NCBI GenBank assembly: GCA_964610105.1
Contig: CAZSUU010000006.1
Location: 70,068 to 134,067 of the forward strand
Reading direction: 5' to 3'
DNA length: 64,000 nt
Source: an uncultured Verrucomicrobiota bacterium
GTDB lineage: Bacteria > Verrucomicrobiota > Kiritimatiellia > PWTM01
The notes below the pieces were generated by a model that worked only from the letters and a program-made list of their open reading frames with translations, ran no database searches and was not told where the DNA came from. Numbering within the stretch: the first letter of the stretch is position 1; the number at the start of each line of letters is the position of its first letter. Shown here one piece after another: positions 1 through 9,495 of this stretch. A program made the position numbers and the translations under genes.

Positions 1-154
1 ATGCCACGTTCAAGAACTCGTGCACGACCTGCGAACTGATCACTCCGCGCCGGCTGCGCAGCGCTTCCTGAATCCACTCGCGGGCGATGGCCTGCTTGAC
101 CGGCGACGAGAGATCAAACGAGTAGACGAGGACGTTCGTGTCGAGGAAGAACAT
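1..154 (-). CDS. vapC: PIN-domain toxin (VapC-like), partial; continues beyond the window start
   Basis: The minus-strand translation begins MFFLDTNVLVYSFDLSSPVKQAIAREWIQEALRS, a classic PIN N-terminus. An AAGGGG ribosome-binding site lies directly upstream of the ATG (complement of 152-154). There is a 10-nt gap after the upstream antitoxin stop. Confidence 0.6.
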   Translation of the reverse strand, partial: MFFLDTNVLVYSFDLSSPVKQAIAREWIQEALRSRRGVISSQVVHEFLNVA

Positions 155-164
155 CCCCTTGATG

Positions 165-386
165 TCAGCGGCGTTCATGCATCTCATCCCGGCTGAAGTA
201 TCGCCCCGCGGAAACGTGTTCCATCCGTTTCATCAAGGCCTGGTAGTTCTCGGCCGCCGTAACTTGCGTCACATATGCGGCCATCCATCCGCGGAACAAG
301 TCGTTTACCGTAGTGTGTTCGGAACTGGCCCGGCGCCGGGCTTGCTGCAGAACCGATTCATCAATCGATAGGGTCACGTTTTTCAC
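165..386 (-). CDS. vapB: Small antitoxin-like protein (VapB/ribbon-helix-helix-like) upstream of the PIN toxin
   Basis: A 73-aa ORF starting MKNVTLSIDESVLQQARRRASSEHTTVNDLFRGWMAAY. Its size, its position immediately 5' of the PIN gene and its charged C-terminal tail fit type II antitoxin architecture. Confidence 0.5.
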   Translation of the reverse strand: MKNVTLSIDESVLQQARRRASSEHTTVNDLFRGWMAAYVTQVTAAENYQALMKRMEHVSAGRYFSRDEMHERR

Positions 387-522
387 ATATCAAGTGTGCA
401 CGATGTTCGTGTGCACGTCAAGACTAACCGTGATCCAGAATGGAGCGCGAAATTGCCGGGAAGCGAAGTTGCCTGGCACCTGGCACCGAGACCCACCATC
501 CCCAAGGCTCACCAAGACTCGG

Positions 523-1578
523 TCAACTTCCGAGCTCCCACGCATCGATTCCGGTGGCCTCGGCGTAGAAGGCCCGGATATTCTCCAGCGGCGTGTCGGC
601 CTGGATATGGTGCGCGGGGGCGAGGATGTACCCCCCGCCGGCGCCGCATTCGGCCTTCAGCCTGCGCACGGCGGCGCGTACGTCGGCCGGCGTGCCGCGA
701 GGCATGGTGCGCTGAACGCAGAGTCCGCCGAACAGCGTCAGGCGTCGTCCATAGCGTCTTTTGATTGCGAACGGATCGATCGCCTTCGGCTGGAGCGGAT
801 GGAGCACGTCGAGCCCGATCTCGACCATGTCGTCCAGGATCGCCGCGCAGCCGCCGCAGCTGTGGTAGGCGATCTTCACGTCCGGTTTCGCCGCCCGCGT
901 AGCCGCGAAGAGGACGGCATAACGGGGCTTCAGAAACTCGCGCCACATGCCGGGCGACATGACCATCCCCTGCTGGCCGGCCACGTCGTCGCCGAACCAG
1001 ATCATGTCCGCGCCGAGTTCCGCGTACTTCCGCGCCGCCCCCAGCGGGAATTGCGTCACCCGGTCCAGCAGCGCGTGCGCGTAGTCCGGCTCCAGCGCGA
1101 GATCCGTGAGGAACTGCTCCATGCCGCGCAGGTACCAGGCGGCCTCGAACATGCTGATCTGGCTGGACCCGATCAGCCACTTCTCCCGCCCGTACAGCCC
1201 CTTCATCCGGCGGAACGTGCCGTACTGCGCGTCGTCGAGCGGGTCGGGGATCCGCCACGCGTCGAGTTTCGACCTGTCCCCCGCGAGCGGGTGTCCGACG
1301 ATTTCCGTGAACTCGCCGAACGCGTTTCGCGCATACCGCCAGCGGATGCCCCAGGCGTCCGTGTATTCCGGGCGCGGCTCTCCGTGGAAACTCGTCTCGA
1401 GGCCGACGCAGGCCTTCACCAGGTCGTTGCCCAGCGCCACGCCCAGGTCCGGCCCGGTGCAGCCCGTGGCCTCGCGCAGCCGCTTCTCGATCTCCGGCAC
1501 GTACGTGGCGAAGACCGGCGGGCGGTCGGGCTCTTCATGGTTCACGGCCGTTTCGACGCGTTCGCGGGACGTCATCAT
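523..1578 (-). CDS. Uroporphyrinogen decarboxylase (URO-D/MtaA) family protein
   Basis: A 351-aa ORF with clean, non-repetitive composition and URO-D-family-like sequence throughout. It overlaps the upstream regulator gene by 4 bp (ATGA). Confidence 0.75.
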   Translation of the reverse strand: MMTSRERVETAVNHEEPDRPPVFATYVPEIEKRLREATGCTGPDLGVALGNDLVKACVGLETSFHGEPRPEYTDAWGIRWRYARNAFGEFTEIVGHPLAGDRSKLDAWRIPDPLDDAQYGTFRRMKGLYGREKWLIGSSQISMFEAAWYLRGMEQFLTDLALEPDYAHALLDRVTQFPLGAARKYAELGADMIWFGDDVAGQQGMVMSPGMWREFLKPRYAVLFAATRAAKPDVKIAYHSCGGCAAILDDMVEIGLDVLHPLQPKAIDPFAIKRRYGRRLTLFGGLCVQRTMPRGTPADVRAAVRRLKAECGAGGGYILAPAHHIQADTPLENIRAFYAEATGIDAWELGS

Positions 1579-2804
1579 GGCGCTACGGGGCCCTTTCGCT
1601 CCGCCCCGCGGGAATCCGGCGGCGGGGTGTTTGACGCGGGGCGCCGGCGGTAGTCGCCCGGCGCGCGGCCGAAACGGTCCCGCAGGGCCTGCCGGAGATT
1701 CTTGGCATATCCGAAGCCGGTCTGCTCCGCCACCTCCTCCACCGGCAGATCGGTCTGCCCCAGCAGCTCGATGCTCCGGCGCAGCCGGGCGTGAACAATC
1801 TCGTCATGCACCGTATGCCTCAGGAGCGCGCGGAAGCGCCGCTGCAGCACGCTGCGCGATACGGCGGCGTGCCGCGCCACGTCCTCCACGCCGATCCCGC
1901 CGCACGCCCGTTGCCGGATGAAGCTCACCGCGCGGTTCACGACGGCGTCGGGCACCGCCAGGACATCGCTCGAAGCGCGGACGACCACGCGGAGCGGCGC
2001 GATCCGCGCGGAGAGGGAGGACGGCTTCTCCCCCCGCATGAGGCGGTCCAGAAGGGCGGCGGCCTCGTAGCCGACGCGCTCGTGATCGGCCTCGACGCTC
2101 GAGAGCGCGGGCCGCAGCAGGTCGCACATCGGCCTGTCGTTGCCCACCCCCACCACCGCGATCTGCTCCCCGATCGCGCGATCCGCCCGCCGGCAGGCCT
2201 CCTGGAAAACCAGCCCCCGCTCGTCGCTGCACAGCATCACCCCGCACGGCAGCGGGAGCGCGGACACCCAGCGGGCGATTTCGCGGACGACCGTGTCCCA
2301 GGGCCGCTGCTCCAGGCGCCGCCGGGTGAGACCGAGCGTGGCCGCGTCGAGCCCGCGCTCGCGGAGGAAGGCGACGAACGCGGCGCGACGCTCGTCGGAC
2401 CAGCTCTCGCCGGTCAGACCGAAGTACGCGAAATGGCGCAGACCGCAGCCGAGCAGATGCTCCGCCGCCAGGCCGGCGATCCGCCGGTTGTCGACATGCA
2501 CCAGGGGCAGGCGAAGCGGTTCGACGACGCCCAGTACGTCGACCGCCGGCACCCGCTTGCGCGTCACGATGTCGACGACACGGCGGTTCTGCCCCCGCAC
2601 GATGATGCCGTCGCCGCGCCATTGACGAAACCACGCGGGCGGCGGCCGGTTCAGATCGTGGGGCTGGATCCACACCGCCCACGGGCGATGCTCCCGGACA
2701 TAGCGGCTGATGCCGAGCAGGATGTCGCGGCCGGAGGAAAGCGACGTCTCGACCAGCAGGGCGACCCGCGGAGGGGCCGCCGGGATTGCGGGGCGTCCGG
2801 TCAT
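1575..2804 (-). CDS. XylR-like transcriptional regulator (sugar-binding domain fused to an AraC-type HTH)
   Basis: The C-terminus carries an AraC HTH (LQRRFRALLRHTVHDEIVHARLRRSIELLGQTDLPVEEVAEQTGFGYAKNLRQALRDRFGRAPGDY). The N-terminal roughly 280 aa look like a LacI-type sugar-binding fold. Confidence 0.8.
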   Translation of the reverse strand: MTGRPAIPAAPPRVALLVETSLSSGRDILLGISRYVREHRPWAVWIQPHDLNRPPPAWFRQWRGDGIIVRGQNRRVVDIVTRKRVPAVDVLGVVEPLRLPLVHVDNRRIAGLAAEHLLGCGLRHFAYFGLTGESWSDERRAAFVAFLRERGLDAATLGLTRRRLEQRPWDTVVREIARWVSALPLPCGVMLCSDERGLVFQEACRRADRAIGEQIAVVGVGNDRPMCDLLRPALSSVEADHERVGYEAAALLDRLMRGEKPSSLSARIAPLRVVVRASSDVLAVPDAVVNRAVSFIRQRACGGIGVEDVARHAAVSRSVLQRRFRALLRHTVHDEIVHARLRRSIELLGQTDLPVEEVAEQTGFGYAKNLRQALRDRFGRAPGDYRRRPASNTPPPDSRGAERKGPVAP

Positions 2805-2834
2805 GTCACGCGTTCCGGAGCGGAGCGGTGTTCT

Positions 2835-5800
2835 TCACCGGGGGAGGATCTCCAGCGCCACGCGGTCTTCGATCCGGGCTCCCTTCTTCAGCGGCCGCCG
2901 CTCGGCGTCGTAATGCCGGCTCAGGAATCCGTCGGCGCCGCCGGTGCTGAAGCCGGCCACCAGCGCGCGCACGCCGCCGCCTTCCAGCCAGGCGCGGAAG
3001 GCCTGCCGGCCGCCCGACGAGACGCGAAGACCCCGCCCCGTGCGGTCGGTCAACGTCGCCCAGCGGATACGCTCGCGCGTGGCCCGGAAGTCGTTCGATC
3101 CGAGATCGTTCTCGTCCAGCGACCAGGGCCAGTCGGGCGCGTTCCGGCCGTTGACATAGGTCCGCCCGTGCAGCCGCCCCGTGGCCGTGCCGGCGGGGCG
3201 CCCGATGTGGTCCTCGGGATAGACGGTCCAGAAGGCGTCGCGCTCCCATGTCAGCGTGTCGCACGCGCGCGGGAGATCAAACACCATCCCCCACTGCCTC
3301 GGATTCACGTCGCGCGAGACCGCGAACGCGTAGTCGACCTCCAGGACGCCGTCGCCGGAGAACCGCAGCGTGTACCCGCCGCTCGCTTCGTCGCACCGCC
3401 CCCGGACACGGATCTCAACCGCCCCGTTGGTCGCATGGGCGGACACCGATTCAGCGGTCCAGTTCGCGCACACGCCGTTCAGCGGCGCCACGTACATGTG
3501 GGTTCCGTGTAGCTGCGTCCCGCCCTCGTTGTTGAGCGGGAGCAGCATCAGGTGCGGCCCTCCGGTCACGACGGGCGTCCCCCGCGTCCCTCCCGCCCGG
3601 ATCTGGCCGCTGGACTTGCCGACGACCCACTCGAAACCGCCGGCGCGGACGGCGAATGAGTCGGCGTCGTCGCCGAGCTCCGTCGCCGCCCCGGCCGCTC
3701 GTGGCGGGGCGACGGGCGCCGCCTCCTTCTCCGGTCCGATGCCCAGACGGTACTCGTCGAGCACGAAGCCCTGCGGACTGGTGAACGTGAGCGACAGCAC
3801 CCGGCCTTCGACGTCCGCCCGCTTCACCGGCACGGCCAGCTCGCCCGCGGTTCGCGGGGGAAGCGAGGCGTTCAGCACGCCTTTCTCGTCGCCGACCGCC
3901 CATTCGATCTTCACCTCCGCCAGGTCGGTGAAGTTGTGCCGGTTCTCGACGGCCACCTTCAGCGGCTGGCCCGCCGCCGGGGCCGCGATCCGCCGGCCCT
4001 CGATGCGCACCGGCGAGAAGCACTTCCGCACGTGCCAGTACTCCGGTTTCGGGCGCCGCCAGCCGTCGATCGGCCCCCACTCGCCATACCCCACGATGCG
4101 GCCGTCGGGGAGCAGGAACAGGTCGTCCACGCCGGACCAGATGGAGCCGCCGAGGTTGCCCGTCGACCGGTACATCCGGTCCCACATCTCCTTGAGCGCG
4201 CGCCCGAAGGCCTCTCGCACGGCCGGGTCGGCGGCCAGCTCGCGTCGGTTGTAGCAGTTGAGGTGGCAGAACTCCCCGAACGTCAGCGGACGGTTCATCG
4301 CATCCGCCTTGGCCGGTCCATCGAGACCCGGGTAGTGGAAGTTGGCCACCGGAAGCACCGAGCTGCCGCCGCTGTTGTAGTCGCCCCAGCTCTGGTCGTG
4401 GAACGTGACCGGCCGGGTGGGATCGAGCACGCGCATGAAATCGAACAGACGGTTCCACGCATCGTACCAGTGCGACTCGTTGGCCATGGAGCGCAGGATC
4501 ACGCTCGGGGCGTTGGCATGGGCCTGCACCGTCTCGAGATTCGCCTGCAGCAGGTACGGCACGACGCTGTCGCCGGCCGCCTGCCACGGTTTGAGCTGCT
4601 GATTGGCCCCGTGCCCGACCCAGCACAGCGGCGCCTCGAGCTCGACGAACAGGCCGATCTCGTCGCAGAGGGCCAGGAACTCCTCCGCGGGAGGATAGTG
4701 CGACGTGCGGATGAAGTTGCAGTTCGCCTCCTTGAACAGCCGCGCGTCGCGCGTCCATTCCTCGGCCGTCAGGCTGCGCCCGAGCAGCGGGTGGGTTTCA
4801 TGCCGGCAGACGCCGCGCAGCTTGACGGGGCGGCCATTGATGAAGAGCCGGTTTCCGCGCGTCTCCACCTGGCGGAATCCGAACCGCTCCCGCCACACCG
4901 CCAGCGGTCGCCCCCCCCGCAGCAGCCGCACCTCGGCGACGTACAGGTTGGGATGCTCGCTGTCCCAGGGCCGCGGACTCGCGACGGCCAGGGCCAGCTC
5001 ATGGGGAACGACGGCGCCGGGCGCGAGGGCGGGAAGCGAGAAGCGGACCGGCGGCTGGACCGGCTCCGAGACGTCGCCGGCCCCGTTCCACCGCCGCAGC
5101 GACACCTCGCCGGTCACCTCCTTCGCTTCCGCTTCACCGTCGTTGACGACGCGCAGCCGGAGCTTCAGCGTCGCGTCGCGGAGATGGCGGCCGAATTCGG
5201 TGACGATCTTGAGGTCGGCGAGATTCACGTCGGGCAGGGCGAACAGCGTCACCTTGCGCAGGAGGCCGCCCATGGGGTGGGCCGCATACTGGTTGCCGCT
5301 GGCGAGGATGTCGGCGAAGGACTCGTTGTTCACCGCGACCGCGAGGGTGTTCCCGCCGGCGCGCACCAGGTGCGTCACGTCGAGCTCGAACGGCGTGAAG
5401 CCGCCCTCGTGTCCGCCCGCCCACCGGCCGTTCACCCACACCTGCGCCCGGCTGTACACGGCGTCGAACCGCAGTCTCACCCGTCGACCGCCCCAGTCCC
5501 CGGGCAGGTGGAAGCCCCGTCGGTAGCCCGCGGCCTGGCCGGGGTTCACACTGAAGCCCTGCATGATCCACTCGCCGGGCACGCGGATCGGCTTCCACTC
5601 GCCGGCCGGGGTCCCCTGCCGCTCGAAGCCCTGCGCCGGTTCGGGGCAGAACGACCACTCGCCATTGAGACTGATGCGCGGCAGGCGCACACCGTCAATC
5701 CGGTCCGGCCGCGAGCTGAGGCGGGGGAGAAGGTTGGGCAGGGCGGCCTCCACGGCCGCCCGCTCGCGGGGGCTCAGCGCCGCCGCGGGGGGGTCGAAGC

Positions 5801-6311
5801 GCGTCAGGGCGCCGGGCCGCGTGGAAAGGATCTCCACGGCCGACACCGCCGCGTTGGGTCCCTCGACCCGCGCCAGTTCGATGACCAGGTCGCCGCCCGA
5901 ATACGCGCCGGCCGGGACGGCCGCCTCCTCGACACGCGCGGCGCCCGGCTCCACCGCCAACCGATCCGCGATCGCTTCACCGCCGGCGGTGATCCGCATG
6001 ACGCGCGGGCGTTCGGTGACGAAGGTCAGGCGCACCCGGCAGGCGGCCTTGGGATCGAGGCCCCGATAGCCGAAGCGGACCCTCTCGCCGAAGGCCACCG
6101 TGCGGAGCGGATCGTTCTTCTTCAGCACGGACTCGGGGATCTCGTCGTCATGGAAGGTGTAGAACGAGCCGCCGATGAGGTGCGCGCGGTTCGTCGCCGA
6201 TCCCGCCGTATCCGCGGCCACCGTGTGCCACGTCGCCCCGCCGGCCGCGGCGCCGGCGAACGCCGCGACCAGATTCCACGCCGCCCACAGCCACATCCGC
6301 GCCGAATGCAT
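2835..6311 (-). CDS. Glycoside hydrolase family 2 (beta-galactosidase/beta-glucuronidase-like), large multidomain, secreted
   Basis: GH2 sugar-binding and TIM-barrel regions are present (LNGEWSF...FGFRQVETRGNRLFINGRPVKLRGVCRHETHP...NFIRTSHYPPAEEFLALCDEIGLFV). The internal Met start MHSARMWLWAAWNLVAAFAGAAA gives a signal peptide. The track ORF extends to 6347. Confidence 0.85.
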   Translation of the reverse strand: MHSARMWLWAAWNLVAAFAGAAAGGATWHTVAADTAGSATNRAHLIGGSFYTFHDDEIPESVLKKNDPLRTVAFGERVRFGYRGLDPKAACRVRLTFVTERPRVMRITAGGEAIADRLAVEPGAARVEEAAVPAGAYSGGDLVIELARVEGPNAAVSAVEILSTRPGALTRFDPPAAALSPRERAAVEAALPNLLPRLSSRPDRIDGVRLPRISLNGEWSFCPEPAQGFERQGTPAGEWKPIRVPGEWIMQGFSVNPGQAAGYRRGFHLPGDWGGRRVRLRFDAVYSRAQVWVNGRWAGGHEGGFTPFELDVTHLVRAGGNTLAVAVNNESFADILASGNQYAAHPMGGLLRKVTLFALPDVNLADLKIVTEFGRHLRDATLKLRLRVVNDGEAEAKEVTGEVSLRRWNGAGDVSEPVQPPVRFSLPALAPGAVVPHELALAVASPRPWDSEHPNLYVAEVRLLRGGRPLAVWRERFGFRQVETRGNRLFINGRPVKLRGVCRHETHPLLGRSLTAEEWTRDARLFKEANCNFIRTSHYPPAEEFLALCDEIGLFVELEAPLCWVGHGANQQLKPWQAAGDSVVPYLLQANLETVQAHANAPSVILRSMANESHWYDAWNRLFDFMRVLDPTRPVTFHDQSWGDYNSGGSSVLPVANFHYPGLDGPAKADAMNRPLTFGEFCHLNCYNRRELAADPAVREAFGRALKEMWDRMYRSTGNLGGSIWSGVDDLFLLPDGRIVGYGEWGPIDGWRRPKPEYWHVRKCFSPVRIEGRRIAAPAAGQPLKVAVENRHNFTDLAEVKIEWAVGDEKGVLNASLPPRTAGELAVPVKRADVEGRVLSLTFTSPQGFVLDEYRLGIGPEKEAAPVAPPRAAGAATELGDDADSFAVRAGGFEWVVGKSSGQIRAGGTRGTPVVTGGPHLMLLPLNNEGGTQLHGTHMYVAPLNGVCANWTAESVSAHATNGAVEIRVRGRCDEASGGYTLRFSGDGVLEVDYAFAVSRDVNPRQWGMVFDLPRACDTLTWERDAFWTVYPEDHIGRPAGTATGRLHGRTYVNGRNAPDWPWSLDENDLGSNDFRATRERIRWATLTDRTGRGLRVSSGGRQAFRAWLEGGGVRALVAGFSTGGADGFLSRHYDAERRPLKKGARIEDRVALEILPR

Positions 6312-6524
6312 GATGCCGTCCCCTTCTCCGTCCCACCGGACGCGCACGACATCATAGACCGCGGCCGGGGGGGCACAAGACCCGAATCGGTCTTTGACAG
6401 GGTGAATCCGGTCGCGCGTTCACGGGGGACACGAACCCGTGAAGCGCGAGGGCCCCAAGGCGGCGAGCCGCTACCCCACGGTCCTGGCCGCTCCACGCTT
6501 CCGCTCCAATCCGTCCGTCCCTCC

Positions 6525-6545
6525 GTGCAACCGCGCCGCCTTCTG
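6525..6545 (-). promoter_or_regulatory. Copy of a conserved intergenic element (CAGAAGGCGGCGCGGTTGCAC on the minus strand) with sigma54-like -24/-12 spacing, oriented toward GH2
   Basis: It matches the copies at 27499-27520 and 32802-32823 at 21/22 and 20/22 positions. GG-N10-GC spacing precedes a TTGCA -12-like core. It lies about 214 bp upstream of the GH2 start on the same strand. Confidence 0.3.
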
Positions 6546-6831
6546 CGAGGCCGGCGGGATCCCGGAATCCACCCTCCCTGTGCATGTCGTCGGTTCGATG
6601 CGCAAGGCAGGGCAGGGCCGCCGGACCGGCCGTCTGATGTTCGGTGTTCAGAGTTCAGGAGATTCGGAGTTTGTGTCTTGACGCTTGAGGTTTCCGCCTG
6701 GCGGCCCCGTTCGATCGGACAATAATCCTTCGCGTGGGTCGTTTGGTGTTCGGCGCGCGTTCGGTTCGGCGTCCGGTTTCCGCGCACGTGCGGCGACCGC
6801 GCCACGCCGGCGCGACGCGGGGAGGCGGTCT

Positions 6832-8253
6832 ATGAAGAGCTCGGTGCGGGCCATTCGGTGTGCCGGTCGTTGCCTCGCGCTGCTCGCGGGGGCGTGGGTC
6901 GCGGTTCCGCTGCCGGCGGCCGATGCGCCGGCGGCGAAGCCGAACATCCTGCTCATCGTCGGCGACGACATGGGCTACGCGGACGTCGGGTTTCACGGGT
7001 GCAAGGACATCCCGACGCCGAATCTCGACGCGCTCTCCGCGTCCGGGGTCCGGTTCACGAGCGGGTACGTGACCGGTCCCTACTGCTCGCCCACGCGCGC
7101 CGGGCTGCTGGCGGGACGTTACCAGACCCGCTTCGGCCACGAGTTCAACCCGAGCGGCGAGGACGGCCTGCCGCCGACCGAAACCACGCTCGCCGACCGC
7201 CTCAAGGCCGCGGGGTATGTCACAGCGCTCGTCGGCAAGTGGCATCTCGGCGGGACCCCGGAGTTCCATCCCGGGAAACGCGGGTTCGACGAGTTCTTCG
7301 GGTTCTTGGGCGGGGCGCACAGCTATGTCGAGTCCGCCGGCATCCTGCGCGGCGCCGCGCAGGTGAAGGGGCTCGACTACACCACCGACGCGTTCGGCCG
7401 CGAGGCCGCGGCCTTCATCGAGCGGAACAAGGGACGGTCGTGGTTTCTCTACCTCGCGTTCAATGCCGTCCACACGCCGATGCAGGCCACCGAGGACCGG
7501 CTCGCGAAGTTCGCCGGCGTCGCCGACGGGCAACGGCGCACCTACGATGCAATGATGCTCGCGATGGACGAGGCGATCGGCCGCGTCCGGGCGAAGGTTA
7601 CCGAGGCCGGTCTGGAGAAGGACACGCTCGTGCTCTTCATCAGTGACAACGGCGGTCCCACGATGCCCGGCGTGACCGTGAACGGCGCGCGCAACGATCC
7701 CCTGCGCGGTTCCAAGCGGACGACGCTGGAAGGCGGCATCCGCGTGCCGTTTGTCGTGTCATGGCCGGGGCGCGTGAAGCCGGGCGTGTTTGACCGGCCG
7801 GCGATCCAGCTGGACCTTCACGCCACGGCCCTGGCCGCCGCGGGAGCGGAAGCGAAGCCCGAGGGGAAGCTCGAGGGCGTGAACCTGCTGCCGTTCCTCG
7901 AGGGCACGAACACGGGCGCTCCCCACGCCGCGCTCTACTGGCGGTTCGGCGAGCAGATGGCCATCCGCGCCGGCGATTTCAAGCTCGTCCGCTATGACGT
8001 CAATGCCGACACGCGCACCGGAGGCCGCAACCAGGGGGTCACCGCTCCCCGGCTCTATAACCTGCGCGAAGACATCGGCGAGACCCGGGACCTCGCGGCC
8101 GCCATGCCGGAGAAGGTGAAGGAGCTGCAGTCGCTGTGGAACGCGTGGAACGCCGGGAACGTCGCTCCGCTCTGGGGCGGCGGCCGGCCGGGCGGCGGCG
8201 GCGCTCGGCCGGCCGGTCCAACGCCCGGCGGGCGAAGGCGAAACCGGACGTAG
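6832..8253 (+). CDS. Sulfatase (formylglycine-dependent arylsulfatase family), secreted
   Basis: The sulfatase signature CSPTRAGLLAGR is present together with the N-terminal metal-binding motif LLIVGDDMGYADVG. A signal peptide starts from MKSSVRAIRCAGRCLALLAGAWVA. A GGAGG ribosome-binding site lies upstream of the ATG at 6832. Confidence 0.9.
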   Translation: MKSSVRAIRCAGRCLALLAGAWVAVPLPAADAPAAKPNILLIVGDDMGYADVGFHGCKDIPTPNLDALSASGVRFTSGYVTGPYCSPTRAGLLAGRYQTRFGHEFNPSGEDGLPPTETTLADRLKAAGYVTALVGKWHLGGTPEFHPGKRGFDEFFGFLGGAHSYVESAGILRGAAQVKGLDYTTDAFGREAAAFIERNKGRSWFLYLAFNAVHTPMQATEDRLAKFAGVADGQRRTYDAMMLAMDEAIGRVRAKVTEAGLEKDTLVLFISDNGGPTMPGVTVNGARNDPLRGSKRTTLEGGIRVPFVVSWPGRVKPGVFDRPAIQLDLHATALAAAGAEAKPEGKLEGVNLLPFLEGTNTGAPHAALYWRFGEQMAIRAGDFKLVRYDVNADTRTGGRNQGVTAPRLYNLREDIGETRDLAAAMPEKVKELQSLWNAWNAGNVAPLWGGGRPGGGGARPAGPTPGGRRRNRT

Positions 8254-8275
8254 AGTCCTTCACCGGCAGACTCCC

Positions 8276-9387
8276 ATGCAGGAGACATTATCCCGCGCGC
8301 GCACGACGCGCGTGGTGGCGGCGGGCGGCCCGCCGGCGGATCTGCCGGGCGAACCGGACGGATGGCTGTGCGTCCGGGAGTATGCGCACTCCTGCCGGCC
8401 GCGCATGAACCAGGGGCACGCGTACCGTTACCCCGTGTACATCGACGGGCGCCGCGTGGAGGGGGTTCGCGAGGCGGAGCGAGGCGCGGTCCCGCCTCCG
8501 GATCTGCAGTCGCGCCACCTGTGGGCGTCGCCGTTCCCGGGATTTGAGTCGCCGGGGGCGGCGAACGTGAAGGCGGCGCCCTGTTTCGCCAGGGGCGACG
8601 GGCGGACCGACGACACGGCCGCGCTGCAGCAGGCGATCGATCGGAGTGAGATCGTGTTCCTGACCAAAGGCTACTATCGGATCACCCGGACCCTTGAGCT
8701 GCGTCCCCGCACGCGGTTGGTGGGCGTCGCGCAGCATCTCTCGGTCCTGGTGGCTACGGCGGCGGAAGGCGGTTTCGCCGATCCGGAGAAACCGGCGCCC
8801 CTCATCCGGACGGCGGACGACGCGCGCGCGGAGACGGTGCTGGCGTTCTGCGGACTGTGGGCGCCGCACAACTTGACGGCCGCCTACGCGCTGCACTGGC
8901 GCAGCGGCGGGCGGTCCGTGTTTCGCGCGGTGGAGATCTCCAACGCCGGGGTCCCCCTTGCCGGGGCGGAGGGAAAGGGCCGTCGGGCGCCCTCCGTCCC
9001 CCGGCGGCATCCGCTGGTCGTCGTCAGTGGCCACGGAGGCGGTCGCTGGTACAACTTCCGCGAAGGCGGAGAGTATCCCCAGGCGCGGGGCTACCGGCAC
9101 CTCGTGGTTGAAGATGCGGCGGGTCCGTTGGCCTTCTACCAGCTGAGTCCGCAGCACGTCTCGAGCGGTGCGCCGATTTCCTGGTGGCCCATGCCGTGGA
9201 CGGTCCGACGAAGATCGGCTCGCGTTCGCTCAGCCACCGGGAGGGCGCCACCGATCCGCGCGAGTGGAACATGCTCGTGGACCGGCCGGCGGCGGGGCCG
9301 GATGTCCGAACCGAGCCGCTGGAGCGACCGGTCCTGTACCGGCGCGGGCAACCGACGACCTCTGCGTCTCGGACCTCGAACCCTTAG
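8276..9387 (+). CDS. Pectate-lyase-superfamily / GH28-related right-handed beta-helix protein with an apparent -1 frameshift near 9150-9190
   Basis: The N-terminal motif NVKAAPCFARGDGRTDDTAALQQAIDRSEIVF is typical of Pectate_lyase_3 proteins. The protein-like frame switches from the 8276 frame to the 9184 frame (FLVAHAVDGPTKIGSRSLSHREGATDPREWNMLVD), while the original frame becomes Arg-rich junk. Confidence 0.5.
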
Positions 9388-9495
9388 TCCTGCCTCATGG
9401 CCATCAAGTCACCCCTCCGGGCGACCCGCCCCTTCACGCCCAAGACGTGCCGGCGCGTGAGACTTGGAGCTTGAAACGATTCGTCCGAAACCGGT

